Source: a virus. Taken from it: 64,000 nucleotides of DNA. Location: IMG/VR virus record IMGVR_UViG_3300020419_000004, one strand, 5' to 3'. Shown here one piece after another: positions 35,801-45,700 of this stretch. Position 1 is the stretch's first letter. Every line of letters begins with the position of its first letter. The notes under the pieces were generated by a model. That model made no database searches and was not told where the DNA came from. It worked only from the letters and a program-made list of their open reading frames with translations. The position numbers were made by a program, and so were the translations under genes.

Positions 35801-38193
35801 TTACGACTGGTTCTACTAATGGTATTACATTAAAGGATCCTGCAAGTCAAGAGTTTCTTCCTGTATCAAATGTTACATTCAACTCATTCGATGTACAAGT
35901 TCTCAATACTGTACCTTCAACTAATACAACCGTTCACACATATATCTCTGGTGATGCAGATGCCATTACCATTGCACCATTTGAGAAGAAGCGTGACCCA
36001 TTCTATGATACTGCCTTAAAGATTACTGCAACTACTGCAACGACTATTAGTGTTGATGTTCTTACTACTGAACAGAGTACAAATACCTACGCTCATAGTT
36101 TCGTATCTGCCTTAGCAGATGGAGTTATAACAGGTGGTAACTATGCTCATACATTTGTCGCTGCAGATGCTGGTGCTATTGTAACAGGAGATAGACATAC
36201 ATTTGTGAGTGCCACTTCAAATAGTGTCACAAGGGGTATTGTCACCCATGGTGTATTTGCGTATAACAAACTTGCAGATGCAGGTAGGTTGATACGTGAC
36301 AACCTAGAGTTCATTGCAACTACTGCATATGGTAGAATGCTTGCTGCTAACCCAAGTTTCAATGGTGATGCCTACAAAGTCAAATGTATTCGTGACACTA
36401 AGTTGATATGTGATGCTGTTGCAGATAATATAGAATTTGGTGGAAACGATGCTACTTATGATGCAGCAAACTTCTATGTTGGAACTGTACACTTGACTGG
36501 TGAAGAAGATCAGTCTGTTCAAGTATTCAACGCTGCTAGAGATATATGTCGTGAAGTTATGCGTAATATCACAGTTACAACTAACTCAACCACTCTTGGA
36601 TCTCAATTCAAGGATCTAACTATAACTAACGATAGTGGAAATGATGTGTACGACACAAATGACTGTACTGCCATCGCTTCTTCTATCACAACACTCTTCG
36701 CTATTGTTACTACCGCAGTTGGTACTACAGCAGGTGGTTCTGGTAATCTTAATAGTATTACAAGAACAGAAGCATCCAACCCATTCTTCCAGATTGGAGT
36801 GGGAACTGTAACCTTTGATGGCACAGACACCACATATACTGCACAGGTAGGCGGTAGTACACAAGTACTACCCGCAAGTGATAACTTCCTAATATTCTTG
36901 AACAGCACCCTACAGGTTAAAGGTAGTACTGAGTCTTACACATACACTGGTAGCACATTAACCTTTAATGAGGCACCTCTACCAGGAATGGACTTCTATG
37001 GGTTCTACTTTGGTAAATTGGAACTTATTGACGATCTTGCACCATACTTTGACAACTCTAAGAGAAACTTCACTATGAAGAAGGATAATGAACCAATATC
37101 CTTAGAATCTGATAACGCTTCTGTTATTGCATCTAACAACTTGGTCATCTTCCTAAATGGTGTATTCCAAGAACCTCAGCAAGCATATAACTTGAGAGGA
37201 TCTATTATTGAGTTCAGTGAAGCACCAAGAGCAGGTTCTGACTGTACTGCATTTATATTCACAGGATCTGCTGAAGACGTATTATTGAGTAATACATACA
37301 ACTCTGTTGATCCTGGTGACAGACTTCAGGTTGCTAGTGAAGGAGATGACAGACTGATTGCTACAGTTTCTAGTTCTACTTCTATTGATAGTTACGAGTA
37401 CGTAGGTCTTAGACCAATACCTGCAGAGTTCGTAGCTACTATATCCAGTGGTAGAGTGACACAGGTTAGTATAACTAATCCTGGTTCTAACTATGAAGTA
37501 CCACCAATCTTATTATTCCAAGGTGGAGGTGGTGAAGGTGCATTCGCAGAAACAACTATCGAAGAGGGTAGTGGTAAGGTTATCTCAGTTACAAACTTGA
37601 AAGGTGGTAATAATTATGCTACAGTGCCTACAGTGTTAGCAACACACCCACTTCACTTAGAGAGAAAGGAAAGGAACAGAATTATCTCAGATTCAAATCT
37701 GATTGCTAATTCCTTCCTAACTAGTTCTGTCACAGATAGTGATACTACATTAAATCTGCAGAATGTCTGGTATGATGTTTCTCAAAAATATGGTTTCCCT
37801 GATGAAGCAGAAGTGCTTATTACATTCTATAATACTGTGAAGCAACATTGGACTGCTGAGAGAATTCTCTATGGTGCAAAGGATACATCTGCTAATACAT
37901 TAACAGTAGCAACTGGTGGTAGAGGGTTTATGGGAACGACTGCCCATGCTCACACTATATTAACAGGAACTTACAGTGCGACAGGAACTGCGTGTACTGT
38001 AACTACAGCATCAGCTCATAATCTAATCAATGACATGTATCAATACTTAGATTTCACGAGTGGTGATGGTTTCGACGGATCTTATAAAGTTACCGTTACA
38101 GGAGCCACAACATTCACAGTCGAATTCCCGTTCTCTAGAACAACAAGCGGAAACGTAAGTCTCCTCCCAGAAGTTCGTCTGAGATCATTATAA
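23860..38193 (+). CDS. gp7: Baseplate wedge initiator gp7, giant (4777 aa) with fibre-like repeats
   Basis: ENYPTFISFVKEYY and IKDFYAAKGS...LF motifs, C-terminal HPAG motif, YHYH domain; lies between gp6 and gp8. Confidence 0.88.
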   Translation: MTNSSWKVSSWTTPTTTVSVPPVPSEVSPESKSQISLSVAGQFASFIQENYPTFISFVKEYYKSQELKGYCFDVIQNWSDYYNIDNYGGLVTETTLISALTTTSSAVDVESTRDFPNEGLLMVDDEIIYYQKKGSTLFQDCARGFNAVKSVGEVGTFQFEETTAATHALGAKVVNLNNIFPLYILGKFKEQFLATFPKNFASGVTESTVIKRIKDFYAAKGSTRSFQFVLRTLFGVESEVNYPRERIFKPSDAYYTSREVIRAVAVSGDPIALVGQVLYQENDANDANVASARIYVKGVVEVFTPSGTIFEIDVDTNNSLGTFVTPYKSTLANDLGGQLTDTTVTVDSTLGWPEANGRFRIEDEIISYTDKTVTQFLGCNRARENTIINAHDSGQEVFAAFKIFGYSNVDNSEIQLKVYGGTRGVILNDGGKYYLPDSKVTTPAAPGFDSIDPLWDSFTYNVRRALRGSSATLGSVLADGSVRCTVVTKERHYLKRDDVIRILNAPEDIYNNMHDVAGIIDDFTFEFIFSSTPANGITGFEFYIAREFAFGKSDYNSINVGIEKYTADVQNTYKSSTDALVTSTGLPSHKIGPFGTNDLNPGNQRYLKRIPLVPSTKSTKTATPVGQVGIGSNGVPFFSYKGEGKKKYGGLKSITKINGGTGYDITNPPTVEFEADYKLNTPYASGIRVKYNGNRYKSLQAGISSNTLYPTHNTGDAAVGQITWEYEGTPAAATVSVKGSVTAINVTNGGSGYTTEPIISITGGGTTSDNQASATAQITSGTVTGINVVSGGSGYTSVPTITITGGNGSGATATATCRGPVDTINISNAGTQYTYEPTINLISGSGAVAYPSILNGKIESIIVTFGGSGYFGAPDVIITGDGVGATAFAQVDLSSNIVTGIVITNKGAGYSAGATTVSIVYPGSGASFQTNLTELTYNEAATAEELGVPSNQFTNRKTVDASNGATMQGENYLIYGGEYGYLYNPKQLRFLLRDNIDANMTELNPTSHSPIIGYAFDGHPIYGPYGFEDAENTAPYNSYKLMVSSYNVKSSRDALLSGLTDPMGTYIDDYEYTEGYGDLDQYNGRFCVTPEYPNGVYAYFATIKGSAGEPKFPYFVGPNFYSEADAVNWNGNGLQKNFTEDAVRYKAPFISTDNIVAKRKQLDNRVDFFLALEDTTTLIVMETGEILTYLEDGIGYYSYYPTIRGGTADSMVVSGTNKYSSSGVDQYLVEGGGKEYKVNDRLQFDNTGTGGEGISAIVSNVQGTTVSSISMMVLSGEDRYLATVNTTENHYLQVNDTAVITVADNLYTRNIKTKIIGSRYHFKYGDMLSGGMKLIAPYQNTTAYVYGDLIYVADRVYRAAQGTSGSSAPTHTSGTVSDGSMDWTYMRLRTDGNLYQDGWSSITGGSGYTNGTYSGVPITTNGSGKGAKATIVVSGGSVTNVTLTEMGTAYNVGDTITAADINLGNAGGSGFTITLTEVETEAQIQLNKAHQTEIGDIVNISGVSPASYNKTDYTVVRSDTLRRFVVKRNFGSVAAATTTNAEVYVQEPKLKLIDGHKYTFDTSDASNVGKTLAFTLDSANTDIFTYKNITDEVRDAVTGDQTSITILVDGLPGIFYYFDIQGSTSGNYFQAINDPIIGTQTVFSKTDTSFTYEMAVAPESGYAAATYTTDSVYPSGGIASISIGDPGRNYSSLPKLLSSTRSGSGATAVATISGSLSNVSVTNQGSGYNQASLPSGVVTLPDYVDLTLTNILGSFVPNEILISQTVQGNQTARGQVINWNPVTSVLRIRPLRNERTGAGNKGYIMFSTGVAETNNLFSADSQASISAISGTQATVATVVSGGGALSEVTVTAAGSNYRAAPNVIFDDPYYGSVDTITTLVQPAGNGTYTADQTTTGVTQTSVAPVNGTGATFTVVTDGNGRIATVTVTGGGSAYALGDVITFDGTKIPGGASNEDFTVTVNGLAHANPATIATLLDAAVDTITITNSGSGYLSAPNIEVSGGNGINAKFNATIVNQGVSAINIETGGLQYQSAPVVNITQKTGSGASILLKSSDMGKILKIGGDNITFNYSHDRTLKPELNTTYNLQLTRTQVLDYFTITSGGANFVSTPEIVLVGGSGSLYETRALIENEVIQTIQIINEGRGFLAAPTVEARVTHTWVGLQSNSTLNFPYNTKIPTGTKVTLQQNSGQFPPPLAVGTTYYAVAATIANGLADNQIRLATSLANANTGTVISFTGAPVGDALTGQTSFTLQTSDLGDNITAFMKPATFSVGERIYQGASTSSFTAYGFVKNWDASGRVVSVEIVEGEFKVGEPVFGEETAAFGQIHEFTRADAVFEVSPISTSATTWEKTTGFLDLNEQRLYDSDRYQEFSYDISSSININDWKNPLKFAAHPAGFKVVGTQVLSQASIKDHRSKPTLNLNSGNSYDWWIPATNSLGTTFNGTTYVIPKPSARNTGKLSVIQNFALGKADYSAAVPTEVQVYGKQLLDIQKILSCIAYKADDISDRSLSFDGSSSSLVDTSTNRITLTGHNLVDDQRVIYNSGGDRFQDARDLVIKNIDYIVEEVIGDLNYTYPNLIYNSTTCARDTRLILAAFANDLRYGGNQFSLTAVNSYVGQTISQGNAYIDAANLLKDNKNLIAAEAVYQMLQDQTVGIPSGYAGVPGGDQNCIDDIVDVIEAIAYNLRYGGNSEVWDAANYYVNTVHLDGEETQSVWAFNKAKEYAASILINTAITIQGQHGYTQVTNTGVTFDAATCATVDAAMDTLFNIVTTAISNDTLASVTRTNPSNHILHIEGEEIETIHAINKARDLMNLAVVNNLPIGTYTTKVPVTDLSITLASDSCATVTSAITTLAKLMTDGIDNPSTLPQLNEGNYPNIRTGTPITGLTNGTAYFVKYVDANTIELRTIAGGQSINLTGVGAGTGHTIRAFIDGVNTQFKLVENGAPFSTRLGKTPDKDQLFVLANGIVQNPTNYTYASDIITFNKPLLSGTTVVAMYYDRASYTSSFQLDTIGDEIKTFDVANGLTPGNGYSNGTYINVPLKNNLGSGSGATADITVTSNKVSNVVLNQAGNGYTENDVLGISEIGEQLTNNYIPSTASYTPASGDLELTIGNHTLTTNDTIRIANDALIFSCSYGGGGNQNYPRSTDPIGNLFDVPITATSATTITVNALQGTTPTNTDAHTWQGLKAYQFQPTKVKYIPATGDMIVTAASHGMYKGDRIQIDTDSFTFTCSKDNNSSNHTYPRASDPVGGAWLTIASVTTDAFTVNVGANERMSFTPSASTYNAATGDVTLDIGAHALVAPLDHTATNAVYTPADGKVVITVVGHGMSNGDRVWIVDDSLSFTCTHGSGTKTYPRSTDPISGKFVEIFDVSNDTFTIQCLETIPSSNTTTHTFVSAQGAGIKQARDFVRIKRNGLIYTCEMDDRATRHSYPRQGDPADGAPLGVKSVSGNVITVNVGKSPIVNYTPTDATYSPTTGVMELTIGSHSLVAGKSIKLAEGAVTFTCAQDGNTVSKSYPRSLTDGFDVTGVNYNPDNGVMTVTSLAHGMANADWIKFKPESLTFTCGLDGNVKKKQYPRATDYPYDRWLKVSNVTTDTFDVVVLDVVPSTNTDTHLFSPLPTRGPSSVSYNATSGIMSISVEQFNVTDATYNGTTGDMVLNIGTHNLTTLNVIRLDEESLSFSCEYNGQVQTKAYPRSNGNDYVYNVDIPITAYTPTTITVNVNGGQGAISHAVPHTFISATANCVKSGHGLSNGDFIKLKDDSLTFSCTQGLGNKNYPRAVQAQYTAAAGTTYDPVTGLMNVTTSINHAIQVGDKIKFDDGATSFSCTAGSFPHTFVSATANAVTVVTDSNAQRNVTDAAYNPANGQVELTIGSHSYTTSDTVKIAVNSITFTCDEDSNATLHSYPRITDQAYEAVLPILAETGTTITVAVGTAASTAATAYPRSGDYASGKWLEVYSRTANTFTVKVLDSVPSTNIAPHTFTTGSTNGITLKDPASQEFLPVSNVTFNSFDVQVLNTVPSTNTTVHTYISGDADAITIAPFEKKRDPFYDTALKITATTATTISVDVLTTEQSTNTYAHSFVSALADGVITGGNYAHTFVAADAGAIVTGDRHTFVSATSNSVTRGIVTHGVFAYNKLADAGRLIRDNLEFIATTAYGRMLAANPSFNGDAYKVKCIRDTKLICDAVADNIEFGGNDATYDAANFYVGTVHLTGEEDQSVQVFNAARDICREVMRNITVTTNSTTLGSQFKDLTITNDSGNDVYDTNDCTAIASSITTLFAIVTTAVGTTAGGSGNLNSITRTEASNPFFQIGVGTVTFDGTDTTYTAQVGGSTQVLPASDNFLIFLNSTLQVKGSTESYTYTGSTLTFNEAPLPGMDFYGFYFGKLELIDDLAPYFDNSKRNFTMKKDNEPISLESDNASVIASNNLVIFLNGVFQEPQQAYNLRGSIIEFSEAPRAGSDCTAFIFTGSAEDVLLSNTYNSVDPGDRLQVASEGDDRLIATVSSSTSIDSYEYVGLRPIPAEFVATISSGRVTQVSITNPGSNYEVPPILLFQGGGGEGAFAETTIEEGSGKVISVTNLKGGNNYATVPTVLATHPLHLERKERNRIISDSNLIANSFLTSSVTDSDTTLNLQNVWYDVSQKYGFPDEAEVLITFYNTVKQHWTAERILYGAKDTSANTLTVATGGRGFMGTTAHAHTILTGTYSATGTACTVTTASAHNLINDMYQYLDFTSGDGFDGSYKVTVTGATTFTVEFPFSRTTSGNVSLLPEVRLRSL

Positions 38194-38196
38194 ATA
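38189..38196 (+). promoter_or_regulatory. T4-type late promoter
   Basis: Exact TATAAATA upstream of gp8. Confidence 0.8.
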
Positions 38197-38216
38197 ACCA
38201 ATAAAGCTTGTAGGTA

Positions 38217-39731
38217 ATGGCATTAGTTACTGATAAATTTAGAATATACGCTGCCGAGAGCTTCAGAAATACTCTGCAAAGCTCAAACAAAGTGTACATG
38301 TTCGTCGGTAGGGCGAAAACATGGGGGTCTTCTGACATCCCACCAACAGGTGAGCCTATCGACAGTTTTGAGTATGCAAGAACTACATATCAGGATTCCG
38401 TTGCCTTTAAGCGTGTTGATATATCTGATACTGCATTAGTAGTTCCTAGAGTTGATTGGGTTGACCCAACAAAGACAACTGGTGGAGTTGGTCGTACATA
38501 TTCAATGTACAAACCAGACTATGCACCAACTAAGACAACCGCAAACGGTGCGTCTAGGTTGTATGATAGTAACTTCTATGTTATGAACTCAGACTTCAAT
38601 GTCTATAAGTGTCTTTATAATGGTGAAGATCCAGACTATCCAAGAGGTAGACCTTCTTTGGTAGAACCAACTGGTACATCAACCACAATTATTGAAACAT
38701 CTGATAGTCCTGGTGTATATTCCTATAGATGGAAATATCTCTATACTATTGATGCTGATAATATTCTAAAGTTTGTTACTTCTGAATTTGTCCCTGTATT
38801 ATCCAATACTCTAGTAAATTCTGCAGCAAACCCAGGTTCAATTGACACTGTTGTCGTTGAGAATGCTGGTGCAGGTTATAACAACGGTACATATACCAAT
38901 GTTCCTATTCGTGGAGATTGGGAAATCAATAGTGGAACCCAAGCACTATGTACTGTAACTGTTGTTTCAGGTTCTATATCTGCAGTGACTGTTACTCAAG
39001 CAGGTTCTGGATATAGTTTTGCTTCTATTGATGTGGCACTAATTACTAATATTGGTAATGGTACTAATGCAGCACTTGACGTTGTACTACCTCCTCAGGG
39101 TGGTCATGGTGCAGACGCTGTTAGAGAATTAGGTGCATATCGTCTTATGTTCACTAGTAAATTAGAAACTACTAGTGCATTCGTTGATTTCCCTAATGAT
39201 TTGTCATACAGAAGGGTTGGTCTTGTACTAAACCCATTTGATTACAATACTACTAGTATTTGTAGTCAGAACACAAGATCTGCTGTTAAGGCAATGATCT
39301 TTCCCCAGTCTGGTACTGGTACTCCTAGCGGAAGTTTTGCACCTGGTGAGACTATTACACAGACAAGCACAAATGCGAAAGGATTTGTAGTTTCTTATGA
39401 CTCTACAACTAAAACTTTAAAATATTATCAGGATTCTGTTGATGGTACTGTCAATGGCAATATTATTGCGTTCTCTGGTTCAAACCAGATTACAGGTGGT
39501 ACAACATCATATACCGCAACCCCTGATGCAACATTTGGAACTTCATCCGTTCCACTATCACAGATTACTATTGGTGTATCTGTGTATGAGTTAGGTCTTT
39601 CATTCGTCACTGGTTATGCCAATGAAGAGATAGAACTAAACTCAGGTGAAATGCTTTACATAGATAATAGGATTCCGATCACAAGATCGGCAGACCAAAA
39701 CGAAGAGTTAAAAGTAGTAATTGAATTCTAA
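38217..39731 (+). CDS. gp8: Baseplate wedge subunit gp8
   Basis: FYVMNSDFNVYKCLYN, YRWKYLY and SGEMLYIDNR...ELKVVIEF motifs. Confidence 0.92.
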   Translation: MALVTDKFRIYAAESFRNTLQSSNKVYMFVGRAKTWGSSDIPPTGEPIDSFEYARTTYQDSVAFKRVDISDTALVVPRVDWVDPTKTTGGVGRTYSMYKPDYAPTKTTANGASRLYDSNFYVMNSDFNVYKCLYNGEDPDYPRGRPSLVEPTGTSTTIIETSDSPGVYSYRWKYLYTIDADNILKFVTSEFVPVLSNTLVNSAANPGSIDTVVVENAGAGYNNGTYTNVPIRGDWEINSGTQALCTVTVVSGSISAVTVTQAGSGYSFASIDVALITNIGNGTNAALDVVLPPQGGHGADAVRELGAYRLMFTSKLETTSAFVDFPNDLSYRRVGLVLNPFDYNTTSICSQNTRSAVKAMIFPQSGTGTPSGSFAPGETITQTSTNAKGFVVSYDSTTKTLKYYQDSVDGTVNGNIIAFSGSNQITGGTTSYTATPDATFGTSSVPLSQITIGVSVYELGLSFVTGYANEEIELNSGEMLYIDNRIPITRSADQNEELKVVIEF

Positions 39732-42700
39732 ATGGCACAGAATACTAACCTGAACATAGCTCCTTACTACGACGATTTTGATCAGAGTAAGGGTTTCCTA
39801 AAAGTACTGTTCAAGCCTGGCTACCCAGTCCAAGCGAGAGAACTTACTACGCTTCAGAGTGTACTTCAAAATCAGATCGACACATTTGGTACAGGTGTCT
39901 ATAAAGAAGGTTCTATGGTGGTGCCAGGTGGCATTACACTGAACAATGATGTAGCTTGTGTCATAATACAAAATACGTACCTCAATTTAGATGTAGAACT
40001 ATACAGAACTGCTCTCGATGGATTAGTTATTAAGGGATCAACCTCTGGTGTGCGTGCCCGTATACTATTTTCTATTAGTGCTACTACATCAACTAAAAAT
40101 AATATCACATTCTATGTCAATTACCTCCAAAAGGCAACTGACAACACTACTAGTTACTTCTCAGATGGTGAAACCTTCACTTGTGAGACTGATTTCACTT
40201 ATGCTTCCACAACTATTGCTGCTGGAACACCTATTGCACAGTTATTAAACTCTAATTCTAATAGTAGAGGTTCTACAGCGAGTGTAGGATCTGGAACTTA
40301 CTATGTTAGAGGATATTTTGTTCCTGTAAACGAACAAACTCTCATTTTAGACCAGTATGGCACTTCACCATCATATAAAGTTGGTCTAAAAGTAGAAGAA
40401 AGGATTATAACTGCTGATGAAGACGCAACTCTTTACGATAATGCCATTGGTAGTACCAATTTCTCAGCACCAGGTGCCGATAGATTTAAAATTAACCTAT
40501 CTTTAGTCAAAAAAGCAGTCACAGACCCCAATGCTGCTGACTTTATTGAGCTTCTTAGGACTGATACTGGTAAAATTCAGAAGAAAGTCGAACGTAGCAC
40601 ACTAGGATTCATCAATGATGTCCTTGCTACTAGAACAAAAGAAGAATCTGGTAACTATTATGTCAAGAAATTCACTATAGATGCAAGAGAGAACCTTGAT
40701 GATGGGTTTAACAATGGTGTATTTGCTTCAGGCTCTACTACCTCTGATGGTAATACTCCATCTGAATCTAATATTGCTGTTCAACTATCTGGTGGTTCTG
40801 CATACATTTCTGGTTACAGAACAGAAAGACTATCTACATCTTATAAGGATGTGGAAAAACCAAGGACTTTTGATACTGTAGTAAATCAATCTCTTACATC
40901 TGATTTTGGTAACTATGTCTTCATGACAAACCAACATCAAGCACCTACCATATATGAGACAATTGAACTAAGAGATACAGTCACTACAACACCAGGTAGT
41001 CCTGCAGGTACTGTTATAGGTCTAGCAAGATCTCTTAACTTCTATCATGAGTCTGGAGCATATAATAATCAAGAAACAGTTTACAGGACATATCTTTCTG
41101 ATACTCAACTGTTTACAAAAATTACGTTAACTGGTAGTGGGACTTGGACAAATGGAAGAAAAGTGTACGGTGCAACTTCAGGGGCTACAGGATTCTGCAG
41201 ATCGGGTTCAGGTACTACTGGATATCTTTACCAGACTAATGGTACTTTCGTTGCAGGAGAAGACTTAAAGGTCAATAATGCTGGCGGTGCTGCTCATGGT
41301 ACTATTGCAGCTGGTGGAGTTAGGGCATATAACTTTAGTGATGTAAAATCATATGCATTCTCATCTGGTGGTGGTACTGCTGATGCAGTCATGGATGTTA
41401 GAGTTGCATTACCTGGCTCAGGTCCTATTATCTCTGGTCAGAGTGGATCTGGTACATCTCAAACTGCTACTATTACAGCAACCTTATCTAACTTCAACAC
41501 TCAGTTGAAAGTAGGTGATCTTGTTGAGTTTTCAAACAATGGTATAGCACATAAGTGTTCAGTTACTGCTGTTACCAGTGGTTCTGTATTCACAGTTCAG
41601 AAAGCAGAAGCTGGTGCAGGTAACATGGCTAATGGTGCTATCAATGGTAGTGTTGTTAGATCTCGTCCAGAAATTAAGGAAGCAACTAAGAAGAAACTCC
41701 TTACACCACTAGGATTTGAAGCATTAAAGAATACTAATAATAATAACAGTCAAAATCCTGCAGGTTATTACAGGATGAGTGTAACAGGCGTTTCTGTAAG
41801 TGGTGGTGCTGCTACAGTTGATGTAGGTTCAGGTCTATTAATTAAGAATGCAGACAGTGGTGATGACTTTGTTGTCAGTGTCACATCTGGTACAGGTGAT
41901 GGAGATATATTAAAAGAAGGTGACTTTACTACAGGTAATCCCTCAGTCAACACACAGTCTGTTGCTCTAGGTGGTTTATGTGGTGGTGGTTCTGGTACTA
42001 TTGATGTTACTGTAACAGTATACAGTTCTAATAGATCTGCTAAGGCAAAGACCACTGAGAGGATGAAGATCCTTAAAATTGACAAGACAACTGTATCTGG
42101 TAGTCCAAATGGTCTAACAACTGCTACTACTGGTAATGGATACAGAGTAGATGATGACCGTATCGCTTTAGGTACTGGTGATGTATTCAAGGTTAAGGCA
42201 GTATATGAATCTGTAAACCAATCAGATCCACAACTTCCTCAGTTTACCTATACAAATTTACTAGGTACTCTATCTGTTGACGAAGTTATCACAGGAGATA
42301 CCTCAGGTTCTAGAGCAAGAATTATATCAACCACAAGTAATATTGTATATTTCATCCCAGTAGAGGATGATGTGTTCACTGACGGTGAAACTATCACAGC
42401 ACCTAATGCTACATTAAAGATCACTACAGGTGGACTTGTTAAGGGTGCAACTGATATAACTGATAGTTTTGATTTAGATGATGGTCAGAGAGATCAATAC
42501 TATGATTATTCAACTCTTACAAGGAAGGCAGGTTATTCAGCACCTACACATAGAATATATGTTATAGTTGATCGTTTCCTTACTACTGCAGGTGTTAACC
42601 CATATACAGTAGATTCTTATTCAACATCTGAGTATAAAATTATACCAGAGTTTGATACTGGAAACCTTAGAGATGTTATTGACTTTAGACCAATAGTTGC

Positions 42701-45700
42701 AGAGTTACTAACTGGTGCTGGTTCTGTTGCTTCTCCATGGACTTTAAATGCCACTAAGTTCCTTGACTTTGATAATAGAGCATTTACTGGTAACTTAACT
42801 GGAATTCCTGGTATAGGAGATACCACTATTATTAGTCTACAGCATTACCTTGGAAGGATTGATAAGGTCTTTATGAACAAGGATAACATTGTTCAAGTAG
42901 TTAAAGGTGCACCTGCTACTAACCCTGCACCTCCTGATGATATTGATGATGCAATGTTATTGGCAACATTGAGATATGAACCATATGTCTTTGATGTTGA
43001 AGAAGATATAAGCATAGAAGAGACAAACTTTAAGAGATTTACATTCCGAGATATTCAAGTACTTGAAAATAGGATCAAAAATCTAGAGTACTATACTCAA
43101 CTTTCATTACTTGAAGGTGAGACTGCAGGTATGGAGATCAGAGATGCTAGTGGTCTTAGCAGATATAAGAATGGTTTCATCGTAGATAATTTCGCAAGTC
43201 TTGCTACTGCTGATACCTTACACCCTGATTATAGAGTATCTACTGACTTTGAAGAGGGTCAGATGAGACCTTCTCATTACACAACTCAGGTTCCATTAAC
43301 ATATGGTACAAGTAGTGCAAATGTACAGCAGACTGATGATATAATTACACTTCCATACACAGACGCAGTTTTAATAGACCAACCATATGCATCAGCTGTG
43401 GAAAACGTTAACCCATTTAACGTCTTTACATATGTGGGTGACATTGAACTATATCCTGAAAATGATAACTGGGTAGATACTAAATCTCTCAACCCAATCA
43501 AAGGTCCTGTTGTAGAAGGTAACTTCATGACAACAGTAAGAGAATATAACGCAGACCAGAATGGTTTCTCACCTATACAGTGGAACTCATGGAAAACTAC
43601 ATGGACAGGTAATTCTGTAACCAAAGAAACTGGGTCATGGAGAAGAAGTGGAAAGCATAGAAGAAGAAGAGATAGAACTATTACTACTACATCTACTACC
43701 ACTACAAAGCAAACTAGAAGTGGTATAAGGTTTAGAGTTACTCCTGTGATTGAGCAACAATCTCTAGGAAGTAGAGTTGTTTCTGTTGAGCATATTCAAT
43801 TTATGCGTTCTAGGAACATTGAGTTTGTATGTCAGAAACTAAAACCAAGAACTAAGTTCTATGCATTCTTTGATGGTATTACACTCGCTAAGAAACTAAT
43901 TACACCTAAGGTGATGGGATTAGTTAAGGATCCATCTACTGATGCTCAGACAAACAGTATTCCATTCCAGATTGGTGAAACAATCCACGTTAAGAAAGGA
44001 AATGGTAAGTTCAGATTTAAAGCAAGAGTAGCATCTCCTAATGAAGGATACAATATCAATCCATTAGACGGTACAGATATTACAACTATTTCTGATTATA
44101 AGTCTAACCTATCATTTATTAACATTGATACCAAATCCCTTGCTGATCAAGTAAAAGGAACCTACTATGGTTCTCCTAAGATCAATGACTACATTGTTGG
44201 TGAAACATCTGGTGCTATTGCTAAGATTAGCAATAAAGACCTAGTGACCGATAAGAAAGGTAAACTTAGAGGATCATTCTTTATTGACCAACCAAATGTT
44301 GATGGAAACGTCAAATTTAAGACTGGTACTAAACTATTCAGATTAAGTGACTCTGATAGTGATAGTAAGGTAGTTGGTATCTCAGACTCTAACGGTGAAG
44401 CAGAATTTACATCTTCTGGTTTATTAGAGACAACTCAAGAGACTATTATATCTGTAAGAAATGCGAAGGTGACATCCGAAGATATGAAGGATGCTAGAAC
44501 TGTGACTAGTGCAAGTGTATCAACTGAGACAGAGACTAGATGGTGTGACCCACTAGCACAAACATTCCTAGTTGAGGATTCAACCCTAGAGGGTGGTGTA
44601 TTCTTAACGAAGATTGATATATTCTTCTTTACTAAAGACGAAGAGATCCCTGTTGCATTAGATGTTAGAACTGTAGAAAATGGAAATCCAACACAAGATA
44701 TTTTACCATTCTCTAAAGTAGTAAAGGATCCTGAGGATGTATTTACATCTACTGATGCTTCTAAACCTACATCATTTACCTTCAAAGCACCTGTCTTCTT
44801 ACCATTCAGACAAGAACATGCAATAGTTCTTACATCTGATAGTAACCAGTATAAGGTATTCATATCATTACTTGGTAAGGATGCTATTGATGCTGCACAC
44901 TCTGGAGAGAAGATATCTGAGCAACCATATATCGGTGTGCTATTTAAGTCACAGAACGCATCTACATGGACACCATCTCAGTATGAAGACTTGATGTTCA
45001 AGATCTATAGAGCAGAGTTCACAATTCCTACTACAGCAGCAAATAGTACACTTGTACTAGAAAATGCACAGTTGGGTGAATCTAATGGTGGAGTTCTAAA
45101 TCTTAGAACCAATGCACTACAGACCACATCTGGTAGTGATGAGATAAGAATATTCCATGGTAATCATGGTCAACAGTCTGGTCTTAACTATGTTGAACTT
45201 AGTGGAGCAATCTCTGAGGTTGCAAATACTACTGTCAATGTGGGAGCTGGTTTGAGTACTACTGCTACTTCTGTAACTGTTGCTGATGCATCTCAGTTCC
45301 ACACAACTATAGGTGGTTCTGCTGTTGGTAGTTCAAATACTGGATTTATAAGGGTCGTAGGTACACAAGAGGATGGTAGTGGTGATGAGATCATTGCATA
45401 CGATAGTATTGCAGGTAATGTCATTAACTTCAATTCAACTGGTAGAAAATATTCAGGATCTTCAGGATCCTCCACTGGATTAGCACATGCTGATGGTGCA
45501 GTGGTAGAATGCTATAACCTATGCGGTATACCTCTTACATTAATCAACACAACACATAACAGTACAACTGGTGGTGTGATTTCAATCAATAGTCCTCATA
45601 GTTACAACTTGAAGATTACTAATAAGAATGCTGGTAAGAGTATTAACTGTGGAGGTCCTAACCTCACAGTATCCCAGAACGTACCATGGGATGTCCTTAC

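Noticed and set aside
23860-38193. Intein or intron explaining the size of gp7
   Set aside because: No C/S...HN splice motifs, no LAGLIDADG or HNH domain, no frame break; the size comes from repeats.
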